From a virus (lineage: Duplodnaviria; Heunggongvirae; Uroviricota; Caudoviricetes): DNA of 39,239 nt. A program made the translations under genes and the position numbers. The stretch's first letter is position 1, and each line of letters starts with the position of its first letter. Below are positions 8,657 to 18,062 of this stretch, in pieces. The stretch is from IMG/VR virus record IMGVR_UViG_2737471849_000004, positions 1 through 39,239 of that record. One strand, given 5' to 3'. The notes below the pieces were generated by a model that searched no databases, was not told the DNA's origin, and worked only from the letters and a program-made list of their open reading frames with translations.

Positions 8657-9339
8657 ACTTTTGGCAGATCGTCCTGGTCTACGTACCTGGTGTGTTTCAC
8701 AATAGCTGAAACAAAATGCATTTTATCAACTTCTTCAACAGGAAGAGTGATTGGGCGGTGATCACTGTTTATGCTACTAAACTGATAATCACCGTCTCTT
8801 GTTTTGTTCATGATCTTTATCATGTTGTGACCGTCTTTGGTCCTTACAAAGACTTCATCACCTGGATGTACTGGCGTATTTGGTTCAATAACAACATATT
8901 CTCCTGACTGAATCCTTGGCCACATGCTGTCACCCTTAACCTTCAGACCGTAAGCATCTTTATCGCCGCTGTAGATGCTTAACCAACCGGATCTGAATTC
9001 AATCATATCCACTGAGCCATCAACTCCCAAAACGGCTTCACCAATTACCGGAACAAAACCCGCACGAACGTTACCCGCAAACTCAAGATGGTCCGTAGCT
9101 CCAGCTTTACCATCTGCAAGCATGTCCATCCATCCGCGTGGGAGATTAAAAGATTTTTCAATTAGTTCCATCATATCGTCAGCAATGCGTTTTTTTCCGC
9201 TTTTTCCTTCCGGATACAGCATTCTGGAAACGTATGATGGTTCCCTTTCTATTCGACGAGCCAACTCTGAGGCCTTTCCATTACAGAATCGGTCTCTTAT
9301 CTCTATCAGCCTTAGTCGTCTTTGTTCGTATTTATCCAT
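8653..9339 (-). CDS. cI: CI-type prophage repressor (HTH + S24 LexA-like peptidase domain)
   Basis: 228 aa; C-terminal GDSMWPRI...VVIEP and a conserved Lys typical of S24 autocleavage domains; flanked by operators. Confidence 0.85.
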   Translation of the reverse strand: MDKYEQRRLRLIEIRDRFCNGKASELARRIEREPSYVSRMLYPEGKSGKKRIADDMMELIEKSFNLPRGWMDMLADGKAGATDHLEFAGNVRAGFVPVIGEAVLGVDGSVDMIEFRSGWLSIYSGDKDAYGLKVKGDSMWPRIQSGEYVVIEPNTPVHPGDEVFVRTKDGHNMIKIMNKTRDGDYQFSSINSDHRPITLPVEEVDKMHFVSAIVKHTRYVDQDDLPKV

Positions 9340-9354
9340 GATTTAATTCTATCT

Positions 9355-9415
9355 TTGATTACCTGCCGGTAAATAACCTATGGGTATTGATTTGCTTTTT
9401 ACCTACAGGTAAACT
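9355..9415 (+). promoter_or_regulatory. OR operators with PR (and divergent PRM)
   Basis: tacctgccggta (9360..9371) and tacctacaggta (9400..9411) share the half-site of the OL operators; -35 TTGATT / -10 TAAACT upstream of cro. Confidence 0.55.
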
Positions 9416-9447
9416 CATCTTATTCAACAACGGGAAGGAGATAGCAA

Positions 9448-9678
9448 ATGGAAGAACTCCGCTTGTATCTGAACTCCCTTTCACTGGAAGAGCAGAGAGA
9501 ATTTGCCACCAAGTGCGGAACTTCTATCGGCTATTTGAGGAAAGCACTTAGCCGTAATCATGAATTGGGCGCAGCACTTTGTGTTCTGATTGAGAAGTTC
9601 AGCAATGGTGAAGTGACTCGCAAAGACCTTCATCCGGTTGATTGGGAAAGCATCTGGCCTGAATTAATGGCCGCTTAA
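9448..9678 (+). CDS. cro: Cro-like early repressor
   Basis: 76 aa, first gene rightward from PR; HTH-like segment ATKCGTSIGYLRKALS. Confidence 0.6.
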   Translation: MEELRLYLNSLSLEEQREFATKCGTSIGYLRKALSRNHELGAALCVLIEKFSNGEVTRKDLHPVDWESIWPELMAA

Positions 9679-9686
9679 GTTATTAA

Positions 9687-9718
9687 CGCTCTTACACATC
9701 CCAGCCCTGAAAAAGGGC
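9687..9718 (+). promoter_or_regulatory. nutR (boxA cgctcttac, boxB gccctgaaaaagggc)
   Basis: Matches lambda nutR boxA and boxB as I recall them; lambda-like tR1 region follows. Confidence 0.8.
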
Positions 9719-9797
9719 ATCAAATTAAACCACACCTATGGTGTATGCATTTATTTGCATACATTCAATCAATTGTTATCTAAGGAAATACTTACAT

Positions 9798-10091
9798 ATG
9801 GTTCGTGCAAACAAACGCAACGAGGCTCTACGAATCGAGAGTGCGTTGCTTAACAAAATCGCAATGCTTGGAACTGAGAAGACAGCGGAAGCTGTGGGAG
9901 TTGATAAGTCGCAGATCAGCAGGTGGAAGAGGGACTGGATTCCAAAGTTCTCAATGCTGCTTGCTGTTCTTGAATGGGGCGTCGTTGACGACGACATGGC
10001 TCGATTGGCACGACAAGTTGCTTCGATTCTCACCAATAAAAAACGCCCGGCGGCAACCGAGCGTTCTGATCAAATACAAATGGAATTCTGA
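9798..10091 (+). CDS. cII: Transcriptional activator CII (lambda-type)
   Basis: [47 protein letters not shown]... matches lambda CII; TTGCN6TTGC site on the opposite strand at the 5' end. Confidence 0.9.
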   Translation: MVRANKRNEALRIESALLNKIAMLGTEKTAEAVGVDKSQISRWKRDWIPKFSMLLAVLEWGVVDDDMARLARQVASILTNKKRPAATERSDQIQMEF

Positions 10092-10123
10092 GGTCATTAC
10101 TGGATCAATCCACAGGAGTCATT

Positions 10124-10270
10124 ATGACAAAACAACTCAGTCCTTACCAGGACAAAATTCACAAACACATACTACGTGATCGCTTCCTGTCCAGCTTCAA
10201 GCAGCCTGGTCGATTCCGGGCTGAGTTGGAAAAAGTGAAGCTGATGCAGAAGGAGAAAGGTCATGAGTAA
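10124..10270 (+). CDS. Hypothetical small protein between cII and O (48 aa)
   Basis: Hand-translated [42 protein letters not shown]...; AGGAG upstream; stop overlaps the O start. Confidence 0.3.
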   Translation: MTKQLSPYQDKIHKHILRDRFLSSFKQPGRFRAELEKVKLMQKEKGHE

Positions 10271-11162
10271 CATATCTAATCTAGCCGAAGCCAGAGAGGC
10301 CAGAAGGCTACAACAACCGCATCAAAGCAGCGGTAAGGGGTATGCCTTGCTGCACCGTAAAATTATGGATGTGCCGTTTTACAAGGACGCAGAAGCTGCG
10401 CATCTGTGGGTTCACTTAATCCTCAAAGCAAAGCATACGCCTGAGTATGTAATGACTGACGCAGGAGAAATTCTGGTAGGCAGAGGGAAGCTACTTGGCG
10501 GTAGAAACTCTCTGGCGTTTGAAACAGGACTCAAACCAGATCGCGTTCAGTACCTGCTTAGAAAGTTCAAAAAACTCGGCATGATTGACTGGGTTTCACA
10601 CGGTAAATTCTCAGTTTTCTCGGTAGAGAAATATGACGATTATCAGTCAAATTTTGTACCAGCAGATTACCAGCAAATTACCACCTCAAAGCCAGCAATA
10701 CCAATGCCTGCAAGCAATACTGTACCAGCAGATTACCAGCAAATTACCACAGATAAAGAATATAATAATATTATCTCTAATACTGACGTATTAGAGAGTG
10801 CCACAGCAGACAAAAAGTCTGACAAGAAAAAACCTTCCGTTAGCTGTCAGGATGTTGTCGATGCTTACCACGAAATCCTTCCTGAAGCGCCAAGAATCCG
10901 CGCACTGAATGACAAGCGTAAAAACCAGATCCGAACGTTCTGGCGCAAAGCCGGAGTGATAACCCGCCAGCTTGACGGGCATGGGTTCACGATGCAGGAC
11001 TGGAGAAATTATTTGAGCTACGTAGGCGAAAATTGCCGATGGATGTTCGAAGAACGCCCAAACCATCAACGCGGAACTGTCTGGCACAAAAAGGGATTTG
11101 ATTTCCTGCTTAACGATAATACCTACCTGAAAGTTCGTGAGGGTGAACACGATGACCGATAA
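10263..11162 (+). CDS. Replication initiator (O-like / P22 gp18-like) containing the origin
   Basis: 299 aa at the O position; internal repeat [10 protein letters not shown] reflects DNA iterons; overlaps the helicase gene. Confidence 0.7.
   Translation: MSNISNLAEAREARRLQQPHQSSGKGYALLHRKIMDVPFYKDAEAAHLWVHLILKAKHTPEYVMTDAGEILVGRGKLLGGRNSLAFETGLKPDRVQYLLRKFKKLGMIDWVSHGKFSVFSVEKYDDYQSNFVPADYQQITTSKPAIPMPASNTVPADYQQITTDKEYNNIISNTDVLESATADKKSDKKKPSVSCQDVVDAYHEILPEAPRIRALNDKRKNQIRTFWRKAGVITRQLDGHGFTMQDWRNYLSYVGENCRWMFEERPNHQRGTVWHKKGFDFLLNDNTYLKVREGEHDDR
10656..10780. repeat. Origin of replication: two 29-bp direct repeats with ATTACC sub-iterons plus AT-rich segment
   Basis: gtaccagcagattaccagcaaattaccac at 10656..10684 and 10722..10750, followed by agataaagaatataataatattatctctaa. 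Confidence 0.65.
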
Positions 11163-12588
11163 TTTTTATGCGCCGCCCCATAGCATCGAGGCAGAGCAGG
11201 CGGTGATTGGTGGATTGCTTCTGGATGATGACAGCAGTGAGCGCGTCCAGAAAGTTCTGGCGATGCTGAAGCCTGATTCATTTTACAGCCGACCACACAA
11301 AATCATTTTCGAAGAAATAACCAGAATGCACCGTGAGCAAAAGCCAGTAGATGGCCTGACGCTTTTCGAAGAACTGGAGCGTAAATCGTTAACGGCGTCT
11401 GTTGGCGGTTTTGCTTATATCGCTGAGATCGCAAAGAACACGCCAAGCGCAGCAAACATCGTTGCTTATGCAATGCAGGTTCGCGAAACCGCAATGGAAC
11501 GCTACGCTATCAACCGCATGACTGAAGCGACGGAATTGCTCTATTCCCGCAATGGAATGACTGCAACGCAGAAGTACGAAGCTATTCAGGCGATTTTCAC
11601 GCAACTGACAGACCATGCAAAAACCGGATCGCGTCGCGGCCTTCGCTCATTTGGTGAGGTCATGGAAGACTGGGTTAGCGACCTTGAGAAGCGATTTGAT
11701 CCATCAGGCGAACAACGGGGAATGAGCACAGGGATCCCATCGCTGGACAGGATGCTGTCACCGAAAGGTCTGGTGAAAGGCTCTCTGTTTGTCATTGGCG
11801 CTCGCCCTAAGATGGGGAAAACGACGCTATACAGCCAGATGGCAATCAACTGCGCAGTGCATGAGAAAAAGCCTGCTCTGATGTTCAGCCTTGAAATGCC
11901 AGGTGATCAGATACTGGAAAAACTGGTAGGACAGAAGTCAGGTGTTAACCCGAATATTTTTTACCTTCCGGCGACAAATGACGCTGATGACGGCTATCAG
12001 GGTGATTACGATGGTGACTTCAACAGGGCGATCGAAACAGCAAATCGCTTGAGTGAAATCGACCTGCTTTACATCGACGACACGCCGGGATTATCTCTGG
12101 CTCAAATCGTCAGCGAAAGCCGTCGAATCAAGCGAGAAAAAGGATGTGTTGGCATGATTCTGGTCGATTACCTGACACTAATGACCGCTGAGAAGGCCGA
12201 TCGCAACGACCTTGCTTACGGCATGATCACCAAAGGACTGAAGAACCTTGCCAAAGAGCTTGATTGCGTTGTTGTGCTTCTGACGCAGCTTAACCGCGCA
12301 CTGGAAAGCCGAACCAATAAACGCCCATTACCAAGTGACTCACGAGATACAGGGCAGATTGAACAGGATTGCGATTATTGGGTTGGGATCCATCGTGAAG
12401 GCGCTTTTGATGACAGTGTTCCACCTGGTGAAACCGAACTAATCCTTCGTCTCAATCGTCATGGCAATACCGGCACGGTGTATTGCATTCAGGCAAATGG
12501 CGCTATTTATGACACAGACCAACAGTCTGCTGAAATGCGCCGACGTGAACGCGAGGAACCGCAGTCCAAGAAGAAAGGAGGATTCTGA
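11152..12588 (+). CDS. DnaB-family replicative helicase (P22 gene 12-like)
   Basis: N-terminal SIEAEQAVIGGLLLD motif; Walker A GARPKMGKTT; about 479 aa from the internal ATG. Confidence 0.85.
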   Translation: MTDNFYAPPHSIEAEQAVIGGLLLDDDSSERVQKVLAMLKPDSFYSRPHKIIFEEITRMHREQKPVDGLTLFEELERKSLTASVGGFAYIAEIAKNTPSAANIVAYAMQVRETAMERYAINRMTEATELLYSRNGMTATQKYEAIQAIFTQLTDHAKTGSRRGLRSFGEVMEDWVSDLEKRFDPSGEQRGMSTGIPSLDRMLSPKGLVKGSLFVIGARPKMGKTTLYSQMAINCAVHEKKPALMFSLEMPGDQILEKLVGQKSGVNPNIFYLPATNDADDGYQGDYDGDFNRAIETANRLSEIDLLYIDDTPGLSLAQIVSESRRIKREKGCVGMILVDYLTLMTAEKADRNDLAYGMITKGLKNLAKELDCVVVLLTQLNRALESRTNKRPLPSDSRDTGQIEQDCDYWVGIHREGAFDDSVPPGETELILRLNRHGNTGTVYCIQANGAIYDTDQQSAEMRRREREEPQSKKKGGF

Positions 12589-12616
12589 TGACCATCTACA
12601 TCACTGAGCTTGTAAC

Positions 12617-12648
12617 AGGCCTGCTGGTAATCGCAGGCCTTTTTATTT
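12617..12648 (+). terminator. Intrinsic terminator after the replication genes (tR2-like)
   Basis: Hairpin aggcctgc...gcaggcct followed by ttttattt. Confidence 0.65.
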
Positions 12649-12664
12649 GGGGGAGAGGGAATTC

Positions 12665-13105
12665 ATGAAAAAACTAACCTTTGAAATTCGATCTCCGGCA
12701 CATCAGCAAAACGCTATTCACGCAGTACAGCAAATCCTTCCAGACCAAACCAAACCAATCGTAGTAACCATTCAGGAACGCAACCGCAGCTTAGACCAGA
12801 ATCGAAAGCTTTGGGCTTGCCTTGGTGACGTCTCTCGTCAGGTTGAATGGCATGGTCGCTGGCTGGATGCAGAAAGCTGGAAGTGTGTGTTTACCGCAGC
12901 ATTAAAGCAGCAGGACGTTGTTCCTAACCTTGCCGGGAATGGCTTTGTGGTAATAGGCCAGTCAACCAGCAAGATGCGTGTAAGCGAATTTGCGGAGCTA
13001 TTAGAGCTTATACAGGCATTCGGTACAGAGCGTGGCGTTAAGTGGTCAGACGAAGCGCGACTGGCTCTCGAATGGAAAGCGCGATGGGGAGATCGGGCTG
13101 CATGA
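12665..13105 (+). CDS. ninB: NinB (Orf) recombination protein
   Basis: MKKLTFEIRSPAHQQNAIHAVQQILPD... matches lambda NinB. Confidence 0.9.
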   Translation: MKKLTFEIRSPAHQQNAIHAVQQILPDQTKPIVVTIQERNRSLDQNRKLWACLGDVSRQVEWHGRWLDAESWKCVFTAALKQQDVVPNLAGNGFVVIGQSTSKMRVSEFAELLELIQAFGTERGVKWSDEARLALEWKARWGDRAA

Positions 13106-13629
13106 CTATCAAATCAAATACGCCAGCACACGACAAGGACTGCTGGCAAACGCCGCTTTGGCTTTTTGATGCGCTGGATATTGAGTTTGGATTCTGGCTG
13201 GATTCGGCAGCGAGCGACAAAAATGCTCTGTGCGCTCACTGGTTAACTGAGGCCGACGACGCGCTCAATTCTGAGTGGGTAAGCCACGGTGCAATCTGGA
13301 ATAACCCACCGTACAGCAATATCAGGCCGTGGGTGGAAAAAGCCGCTGAGCAGTGCATACAACAGCGACAGACGGTAGTTATGCTTGTGCCACAGGATAT
13401 GTCAGTCGGATGGTTCAGCAAGGCTCTGGAGAGTGTCGACGAAGTTCGTATTATCACTGATGGACGGATTAATTTTATCGAACCATCGACAGGGCTAGAG
13501 AAGAAGGGAAACAGCAAAGGTTCCATGCTGCTGATTTGGCGACCGTTCATCAGTCCTCGACGGATGTTTACTACCGTATCCAAAGCGGCATTGATGGCGA
13601 TCGGGCAGGGCGTCAGGAGGGCGGCATGA
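13102..13629 (+). CDS. Phage DNA N6-adenine methyltransferase (Dam-like)
   Basis: 175 aa with NPPYS catalytic motif; ATGA-coupled to ninB. Confidence 0.75.
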   Translation: MTIKSNTPAHDKDCWQTPLWLFDALDIEFGFWLDSAASDKNALCAHWLTEADDALNSEWVSHGAIWNNPPYSNIRPWVEKAAEQCIQQRQTVVMLVPQDMSVGWFSKALESVDEVRIITDGRINFIEPSTGLEKKGNSKGSMLLIWRPFISPRRMFTTVSKAALMAIGQGVRRAA

Positions 13630-13802
13630 GGCGACAGCGACGAAGTTTCACCGACATCATCTGCGAAAACTGCAAATACCTTCCAACGAAACGCACCAGA
13701 AATAAACGCAAGCCAATCCCGAAAGAATCTGACGTAAAAACCTTCAACTACACGGCTCACCTGTGGGATATCCGGTGGCTAAGACATCGTGCGAGGAAAT
13801 GA
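13626..13802 (+). CDS. ninE: NinE
   Basis: [51 protein letters not shown] matches lambda NinE. Confidence 0.85.
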   Translation: MRRQRRSFTDIICENCKYLPTKRTRNKRKPIPKESDVKTFNYTAHLWDIRWLRHRARK

Positions 13803-14164
13803 CAATGGATTATTCACAGTTAAGTGATTTTGAAATTAACAAGCGAGTGGCAATTTGCTGTGGATTTGCTCCCGAAGATTGCGAAATCGCAAAGTTGGGA
13901 ACATCAATCGTTGGTGTTGAGTGGGATGACGAAACTGGTTATGCAATAAAAACGGTTGATTACTGTAAAAGCCCATCAGACGCAGAGCCGATTATCGTAG
14001 AGAACAGAATTGGCATTATTCCAGCGCCAGAAAATGGATTATGGAAGGCAGCGCATAGAAAAGTTGGCAGTGATAGTACCCCATATCATATGACTCAAGA
14101 TGAAAACCCACTCCGCGCTGCCATGATTGTCTTTCTCATGATGCAGGATGCCAATAATGCTTAG
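13799..14164 (+). CDS. Nin-region protein (NinX/DUF2591-like)
   Basis: Internal start [23 protein letters not shown]...; ATGA-coupled to ninE. Confidence 0.45.
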   Translation: MTMDYSQLSDFEINKRVAICCGFAPEDCEIAKLGTSIVGVEWDDETGYAIKTVDYCKSPSDAEPIIVENRIGIIPAPENGLWKAAHRKVGSDSTPYHMTQDENPLRAAMIVFLMMQDANNA

Positions 14165-14333
14165 CCCATCCCAATCCCTTCAATACCAGAAAGAAAGCGT
14201 CGAGCGGGCTTTAACGTGCGCTAACTGCGGTCAGAAGCTGCATGTGCTGGAAGTTCACGTGTGTGAGCACTGCTGTGCAGAACTGATGAGCGATCCGAAT
14301 AGCTCAATGTACGAGGAAGAAGACGATGAGTGA
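14157..14333 (+). CDS. ninF: NinF
   Basis: [44 protein letters not shown] matches lambda NinF. Confidence 0.85.
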   Translation: MLSPSQSLQYQKESVERALTCANCGQKLHVLEVHVCEHCCAELMSDPNSSMYEEEDDE

Positions 14334-14595
14334 TTTCTCTGAGCTTATTTCCTTCAAAAAAGACAGAGAAGAAATGCGGACTGAATCTGTCTATTACGTT
14401 CAACACCGGAATAAACGCTCGGTGCTTGATCAGGAGTTGGTTATTACCGGAGACCTGGCATTCAGAACATATAAGGCCAGCATGGAAATGAAGGATTTCC
14501 CTAAATGTGGTTCTGAAAGAGAAGCCGCGTTAAAGCTGGCAGAGTGGATGCAGAGAATGGCTGCTGCAATTGAGAATTACTGGAGCGAACCATAA
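14326..14595 (+). CDS. Hypothetical nin-region protein (89 aa)
   Basis: Track ORF packed between ninF and the YbcO-like gene; no recognisable motif. Confidence 0.45.
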   Translation: MSDFSELISFKKDREEMRTESVYYVQHRNKRSVLDQELVITGDLAFRTYKASMEMKDFPKCGSEREAALKLAEWMQRMAAAIENYWSEP

Positions 14596-14885
14596 TGGCT
14601 AACCTACGCAAAGAAGCACGCGGAAGAGAATGTCAGGTACGTATTTACGGCGTATGCAATGGCAATCCTGAAACTACAGTTCTGGCACATTACCGGATGG
14701 CTGGAATTTGCGGAACGGGAATGAAGCCTGACGACCTGATCGGTGCATGGGCTTGTAGTGCGTGTCACGATGAAATCGACCGACGCACCCATAATCTCGA
14801 CAACAAAGACGCCAGACTTTACCACCTCGAAGGCGTTATCAGAACGCAGGCGATACTGCTGAGGGAGGGGAAGATTAAGTCATGA
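14595..14885 (+). CDS. YbcO-like protein (DUF1364, putative nuclease)
   Basis: 96 aa; RGRECQVRI...CNGNPETTVLAH...CSACHDEIDRRTH resembles E. coli DLP12 YbcO. Confidence 0.65.
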   Translation: MANLRKEARGRECQVRIYGVCNGNPETTVLAHYRMAGICGTGMKPDDLIGAWACSACHDEIDRRTHNLDNKDARLYHLEGVIRTQAILLREGKIKS

Positions 14886-15244
14886 ACGAATATCAGTTTG
14901 TGCTTCCATACCCGCCGTCGGTGAATACCTACTGGCGAAGACGGGGGAGCCAATATTACATAAGCGATAAAGGCCAGAAATACCGAAAAGACGTTCAGCA
15001 AATCATCCGCCAACTTAAGTTAGACATTTTCACCAAATCACGACTCCGCATCAAAGTCATCGCAGACGTTCCAGACTCCCGCCGCCGCGACCTCGACAAC
15101 ATCCTGAAAGGTTTACTCGACTCCCTTATCCACGCCGGATTTGCGGAAGACGACGAGCAATTCGATGACATTCGCGTAATTCGTGGTGTGAAAGTACCAG
15201 GCGGAATGCTTGGAATAAAAATCACTGAACTGGAGAACGTATGA
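14882..15244 (+). CDS. rusA: RusA Holliday-junction resolvase
   Basis: 120 aa; LPYPPSVNTYWRRRG...DVPDSRRRDLDNILKGLLDSL matches RusA-family motifs. Confidence 0.85.
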   Translation: MNEYQFVLPYPPSVNTYWRRRGSQYYISDKGQKYRKDVQQIIRQLKLDIFTKSRLRIKVIADVPDSRRRDLDNILKGLLDSLIHAGFAEDDEQFDDIRVIRGVKVPGGMLGIKITELENV

Positions 15245-15429
15245 ACGCCACAATTCAAACGATACCAGAGCTTCTTATCCAGACACGAGGCAATCAGACC
15301 GAAGTGGCGAGGATGCTTTCCTGCGCAAGAGGAACAGTGCTCAAGTACAACCGAGACAGCAAAGGCGAGCGTCACGTAATAGTTAACGGCGTCCTGATGG
15401 TCAAACAGGGCAAGAGGGGAAGACGATGA
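15241..15429 (+). CDS. ninH: NinH
   Basis: 62 aa; GNQTEVARMLSCARGTVLKY... resembles lambda NinH. Confidence 0.7.
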   Translation: MNATIQTIPELLIQTRGNQTEVARMLSCARGTVLKYNRDSKGERHVIVNGVLMVKQGKRGRR

Positions 15430-15944
15430 GCATAAGAGAACTAAACCTCACCAAAGAACAGCACGAGTGGCTGAATGGCTGGCTTGAACTGTGGGGCGCA
15501 TGGGTTTATTCAGGTCGTCTGGAAAAGCGCATGAGCAGCGTAATAGCGAAGTTCATGGAGAGCGTAGAGCCGGGAAGAGTTATGACAAGGCCAATGTGTA
15601 ATGATGATGATGGAATGTTGATTTCTCAGGTCGTCGATTCCGTCATGTACATTGACAAGAAAGCCTTTGGCATCCTCCTCAGCTACTACGCTCATGGTTC
15701 ATCTAAGCGAGCAATTGCATCCTACTATCACGCGACTGCAAAGCCACGCAAGATGTGTGGACGTGGTGGCGAGGGATGGAGAAAACCTTCACTGGCAACC
15801 TGTAGAAATGAAATTGACGACATCCTGAAAGCGTCATTATTTGTTTTGTACCAACCAATGCAAAATGCTTTCAAAATGCGTAAACGTGTTGAGAAAGTTA
15901 AGCATGTTGCTGTTAAAAGCCTTGACATGCAATTAGCCATTTAG
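15426..15944 (+). CDS. Q: Late-gene antiterminator Q (P22 gene 23-type)
   Basis: 172 aa; ELWGAWVYSG and RPMCNDDDGMLISQ resemble P22 gp23; sits before the late promoter. Confidence 0.65.
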   Translation: MSIRELNLTKEQHEWLNGWLELWGAWVYSGRLEKRMSSVIAKFMESVEPGRVMTRPMCNDDDGMLISQVVDSVMYIDKKAFGILLSYYAHGSSKRAIASYYHATAKPRKMCGRGGEGWRKPSLATCRNEIDDILKASLFVLYQPMQNAFKMRKRVEKVKHVAVKSLDMQLAI

Positions 15945-15951
15945 CCATAAT
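15922..15951 (+). promoter_or_regulatory. Putative late promoter PR' (-35 TTGACA, -10 CATAAT)
   Basis: TTGACA at 15922..15927, 18-bp spacer, CATAAT at 15946..15951; a hairpin plus T-run follows about 50 nt downstream. Confidence 0.45.
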
Positions 15952-16007
15952 TAGAGGGTAAGCTGCCGTTAGTGACTCTTAAGTTGCAACGGTGGCTTTT
16001 TTTATTT

Positions 16008-16082
16008 GGGTCAGTCGTATAAAGGTCATTACGGAAGGCTGTTAACCTTCTTATCGTGGTTCGAGTCCACGCTGTCCCGCCA
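16008..16082 (+). tRNA. tRNA-like gene, anticodon GUU (Asn), CCA encoded
   Basis: Manual cloverleaf: acceptor gggtcag/ctgtccc with one mismatch, anticodon stem gaagg/ccttc, loop ctGTTaa, T-arm cgtgg-ttcgagt-ccacg, 3' GCCA. Confidence 0.55.
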
Positions 16083-16087
16083 AACAT

Positions 16088-16163
16088 GCTGGTTTAGCTC
16101 CAATGGTAGAGCAGTCGCCTTGTAAGCGAATGGGTAGCGGTTCAAGTCCGTTAACCAGCACCA
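16088..16163 (+). tRNA. tRNA-like gene, anticodon UGU (Thr), CCA encoded
   Basis: Manual cloverleaf: acceptor gctggtt/aaccagc perfect, D-arm gctc...gagc, loop ctTGTaa, T-loop ttcaagt, 3' ACCA. Confidence 0.6.
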
Positions 16164-16405
16164 TAACTGAGCCGTAGCCACTGGCTATCCTGAATTCATC
16201 AGTGATAGTTACGCTGCGGCATTCTACGCATGACCTTCGTGAAAGCGGGTGGCAAGAGGCTGTGCTAACAACCTCCTGCCGTTTTGCCCGTGCATATCGG
16301 TCACGAACAAATCTGATTACTAAACACAGTAGCCTGGATTTGTTCTATCAGTAATCGACCTTATTCCTAATTAAATAGAGCAAATCCCCTTATTGGGGGT
16401 AAGAC

Positions 16406-16729
16406 ATGAAGATGCCAGAAAAACATGACCTGTTAGCCGCCATTCTCGCGGCAAAGGAACAAGGCATCGGGGCCATCCTTGCGTTTGCAATGGCGTACCT
16501 TCGCGGCAGATATAATGGCGGTGCGTTTACAAAAACAGTAATCGACGCAACGATGTGCGCCATTATCGCCTGGTTCATTCGTGACCTTCTCGACTTCGCC
16601 GGACTAAGTAGCAATCTCGCTTATATAACGAGCGTGTTCATCGGCTACATCGGTACTGACTCGATTGGTTCGCTTATCAAACGCTTCGCTGCTAAAAAAG
16701 CCGGAGTAGAAGATGGTGGAAATCAATAA
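16406..16729 (+). CDS. S: Holin S (lambda-type class I, dual-start)
   Basis: [43 protein letters not shown]... matches lambda S; upstream cccc/gggg stem-loop before the start codon. Confidence 0.95.
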   Translation: MKMPEKHDLLAAILAAKEQGIGAILAFAMAYLRGRYNGGAFTKTVIDATMCAIIAWFIRDLLDFAGLSSNLAYITSVFIGYIGTDSIGSLIKRFAAKKAGVEDGGNQ

Positions 16730-17189
16730 TCAACGTAAGGCGTTCCTCGATATGCTGGCGTGGTCAGAGGGAACTGATAACGGACGGCAGAAAACCAGAA
16801 ATCATGGTTATGACGTCATTGTTGGCGGAGAGCTATTCACTGATTACTCCGATCACCCTCGCAAACTTGTCACGCTAAACCCCAAACTCAAATCAACAGC
16901 CGCAGGACGTTACCAGCTTCTTTCCCGTTGGTGGGATGCCTACCGCAAGCAGCTTGGCCTGAAAGACTTCTCTCCCAAAAGCCAGGATGCTGTGGCATTG
17001 CAGCAGATTAAAGAACGTGGTGCTTTACCCATGATTGATCGCGGTGATATCCGTCAGGCAATCGACCGTTGCAGCAATATCTGGGCTTCACTGCCCGGGG
17101 CTGGCTATGGTCAGTTCGAGCATAAGGCTGACAGTCTGATTGCAAAATTCAAAGAAGCGGGCGGGACGGTCAGAGAGATTGAGGTATGA
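16713..17189 (+). CDS. R: Endolysin R (lambda-type lytic transglycosylase)
   Basis: [45 protein letters not shown]... matches lambda R. Confidence 0.95.
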   Translation: MVEINNQRKAFLDMLAWSEGTDNGRQKTRNHGYDVIVGGELFTDYSDHPRKLVTLNPKLKSTAAGRYQLLSRWWDAYRKQLGLKDFSPKSQDAVALQQIKERGALPMIDRGDIRQAIDRCSNIWASLPGAGYGQFEHKADSLIAKFKEAGGTVREIEV

Positions 17190-17623
17190 GCAGAGTCACC
17201 GCGATTATCTCCGCTCTGGTTATCTGCATCATCGTCTGCCTGTTATGGGCTGTTAATCATTACCGTGATAATGCCATGACCTACAAAGAACAGCGCGATA
17301 AAGCCACATCCATCATCGCTGATATGCAGAAGCGTCAACGTGATGTAGCAGAACTCGACGCAAGATATACAAAGGAACTTGCTGATGCTAACGCGACTAT
17401 CGAAAGTCTCCGTGCTGATGTTTCTGCTGGGCGTAAGCGCCTGCAAGTCGCCGCCACCTGTGCAAAGTCAACGACCGGAGCCAGCAGCATGGGCGATGGA
17501 GAAAGCCCAAGACTTACAGCAGATGCTGAACTCAATTATTACCGTCTCCGAAGCGGAATCGACAGGATAACCGCGCAGGTTAACTACCTGCAGGAATACA
17601 TCAGGACGCAATGCCTTCGATGA
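17186..17623 (+). CDS. Rz: Spanin inner-membrane subunit Rz
   Basis: [30 protein letters not shown]... matches lambda Rz at the N-terminus, diverged at the C-terminus. Confidence 0.85.
   Translation: MSRVTAIISALVICIIVCLLWAVNHYRDNAMTYKEQRDKATSIIADMQKRQRDVAELDARYTKELADANATIESLRADVSAGRKRLQVAATCAKSTTGASSMGDGESPRLTADAELNYYRLRSGIDRITAQVNYLQEYIRTQCLR
17379..17570 (+). CDS. Rz1: Spanin outer-membrane lipoprotein Rz1 (embedded in Rz, +1 frame)
   Basis: ORF within Rz with lipoprotein signal LLGVSAC and proline-rich mature part. Confidence 0.75.
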   Translation: MLMLTRLSKVSVLMFLLGVSACKSPPPVQSQRPEPAAWAMEKAQDLQQMLNSIITVSEAESTG

Positions 17624-18062
17624 TAGCGATAATTCTACTCATCATCCTTCACATCTGGCTCTGTAGACAGGGTGGTGATCACTTCTGGAGTGAATCCAGA
17701 TTAAACATCTCATTGCTGATGCTTGAAGTTAAGCATATGGCGCGCGGCAAGGGGCTGCGTTGAGATAAGAGCCAGTTCATTACAAAGCCTATCTACGGGT
17801 GGGCTTGATAATGAAACCGGAATTTATTCTGGGTAACCAGTTACGGCAGTACAGCGAAACAACCCAAGCCAGAAAGTGGGGAAATAACACTGGCAGCCAC
17901 TGAAAGATGAACCTCCAGCCTTATGGCAAAAAAGATTCTTTGTGGTGGCGGACTGATGGAAAGACATCGGATAGAATAAAACAGTGGCTAGGGTAGCTGC
18001 CGAAAAGCGGAATCGTCACCGCCTGCCACTGAATCTATGACGAACAACTAGACGAGGTTGTG

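Noticed and set aside
9805-10179. 124-aa ORF in an alternative frame over cII
   Set aside because: The cII frame matches lambda CII; the alternative frame has no RBS and low-complexity sequence.
10656-10750. Direct repeats considered as a CRISPR-like or mobile-element repeat
   Set aside because: Only two copies, inside the replication-initiator gene with an adjacent AT-rich tract: origin iterons.
16290-16400. Interleaved inverted repeats (gaacaaatc/gatttgttc and gattact/agtaatc) and a cccc/gggg hairpin upstream of the holin gene
   Set aside because: The segment next to the S start matches the lambda late leader as I recall it, so these are most likely known translational-control structures.
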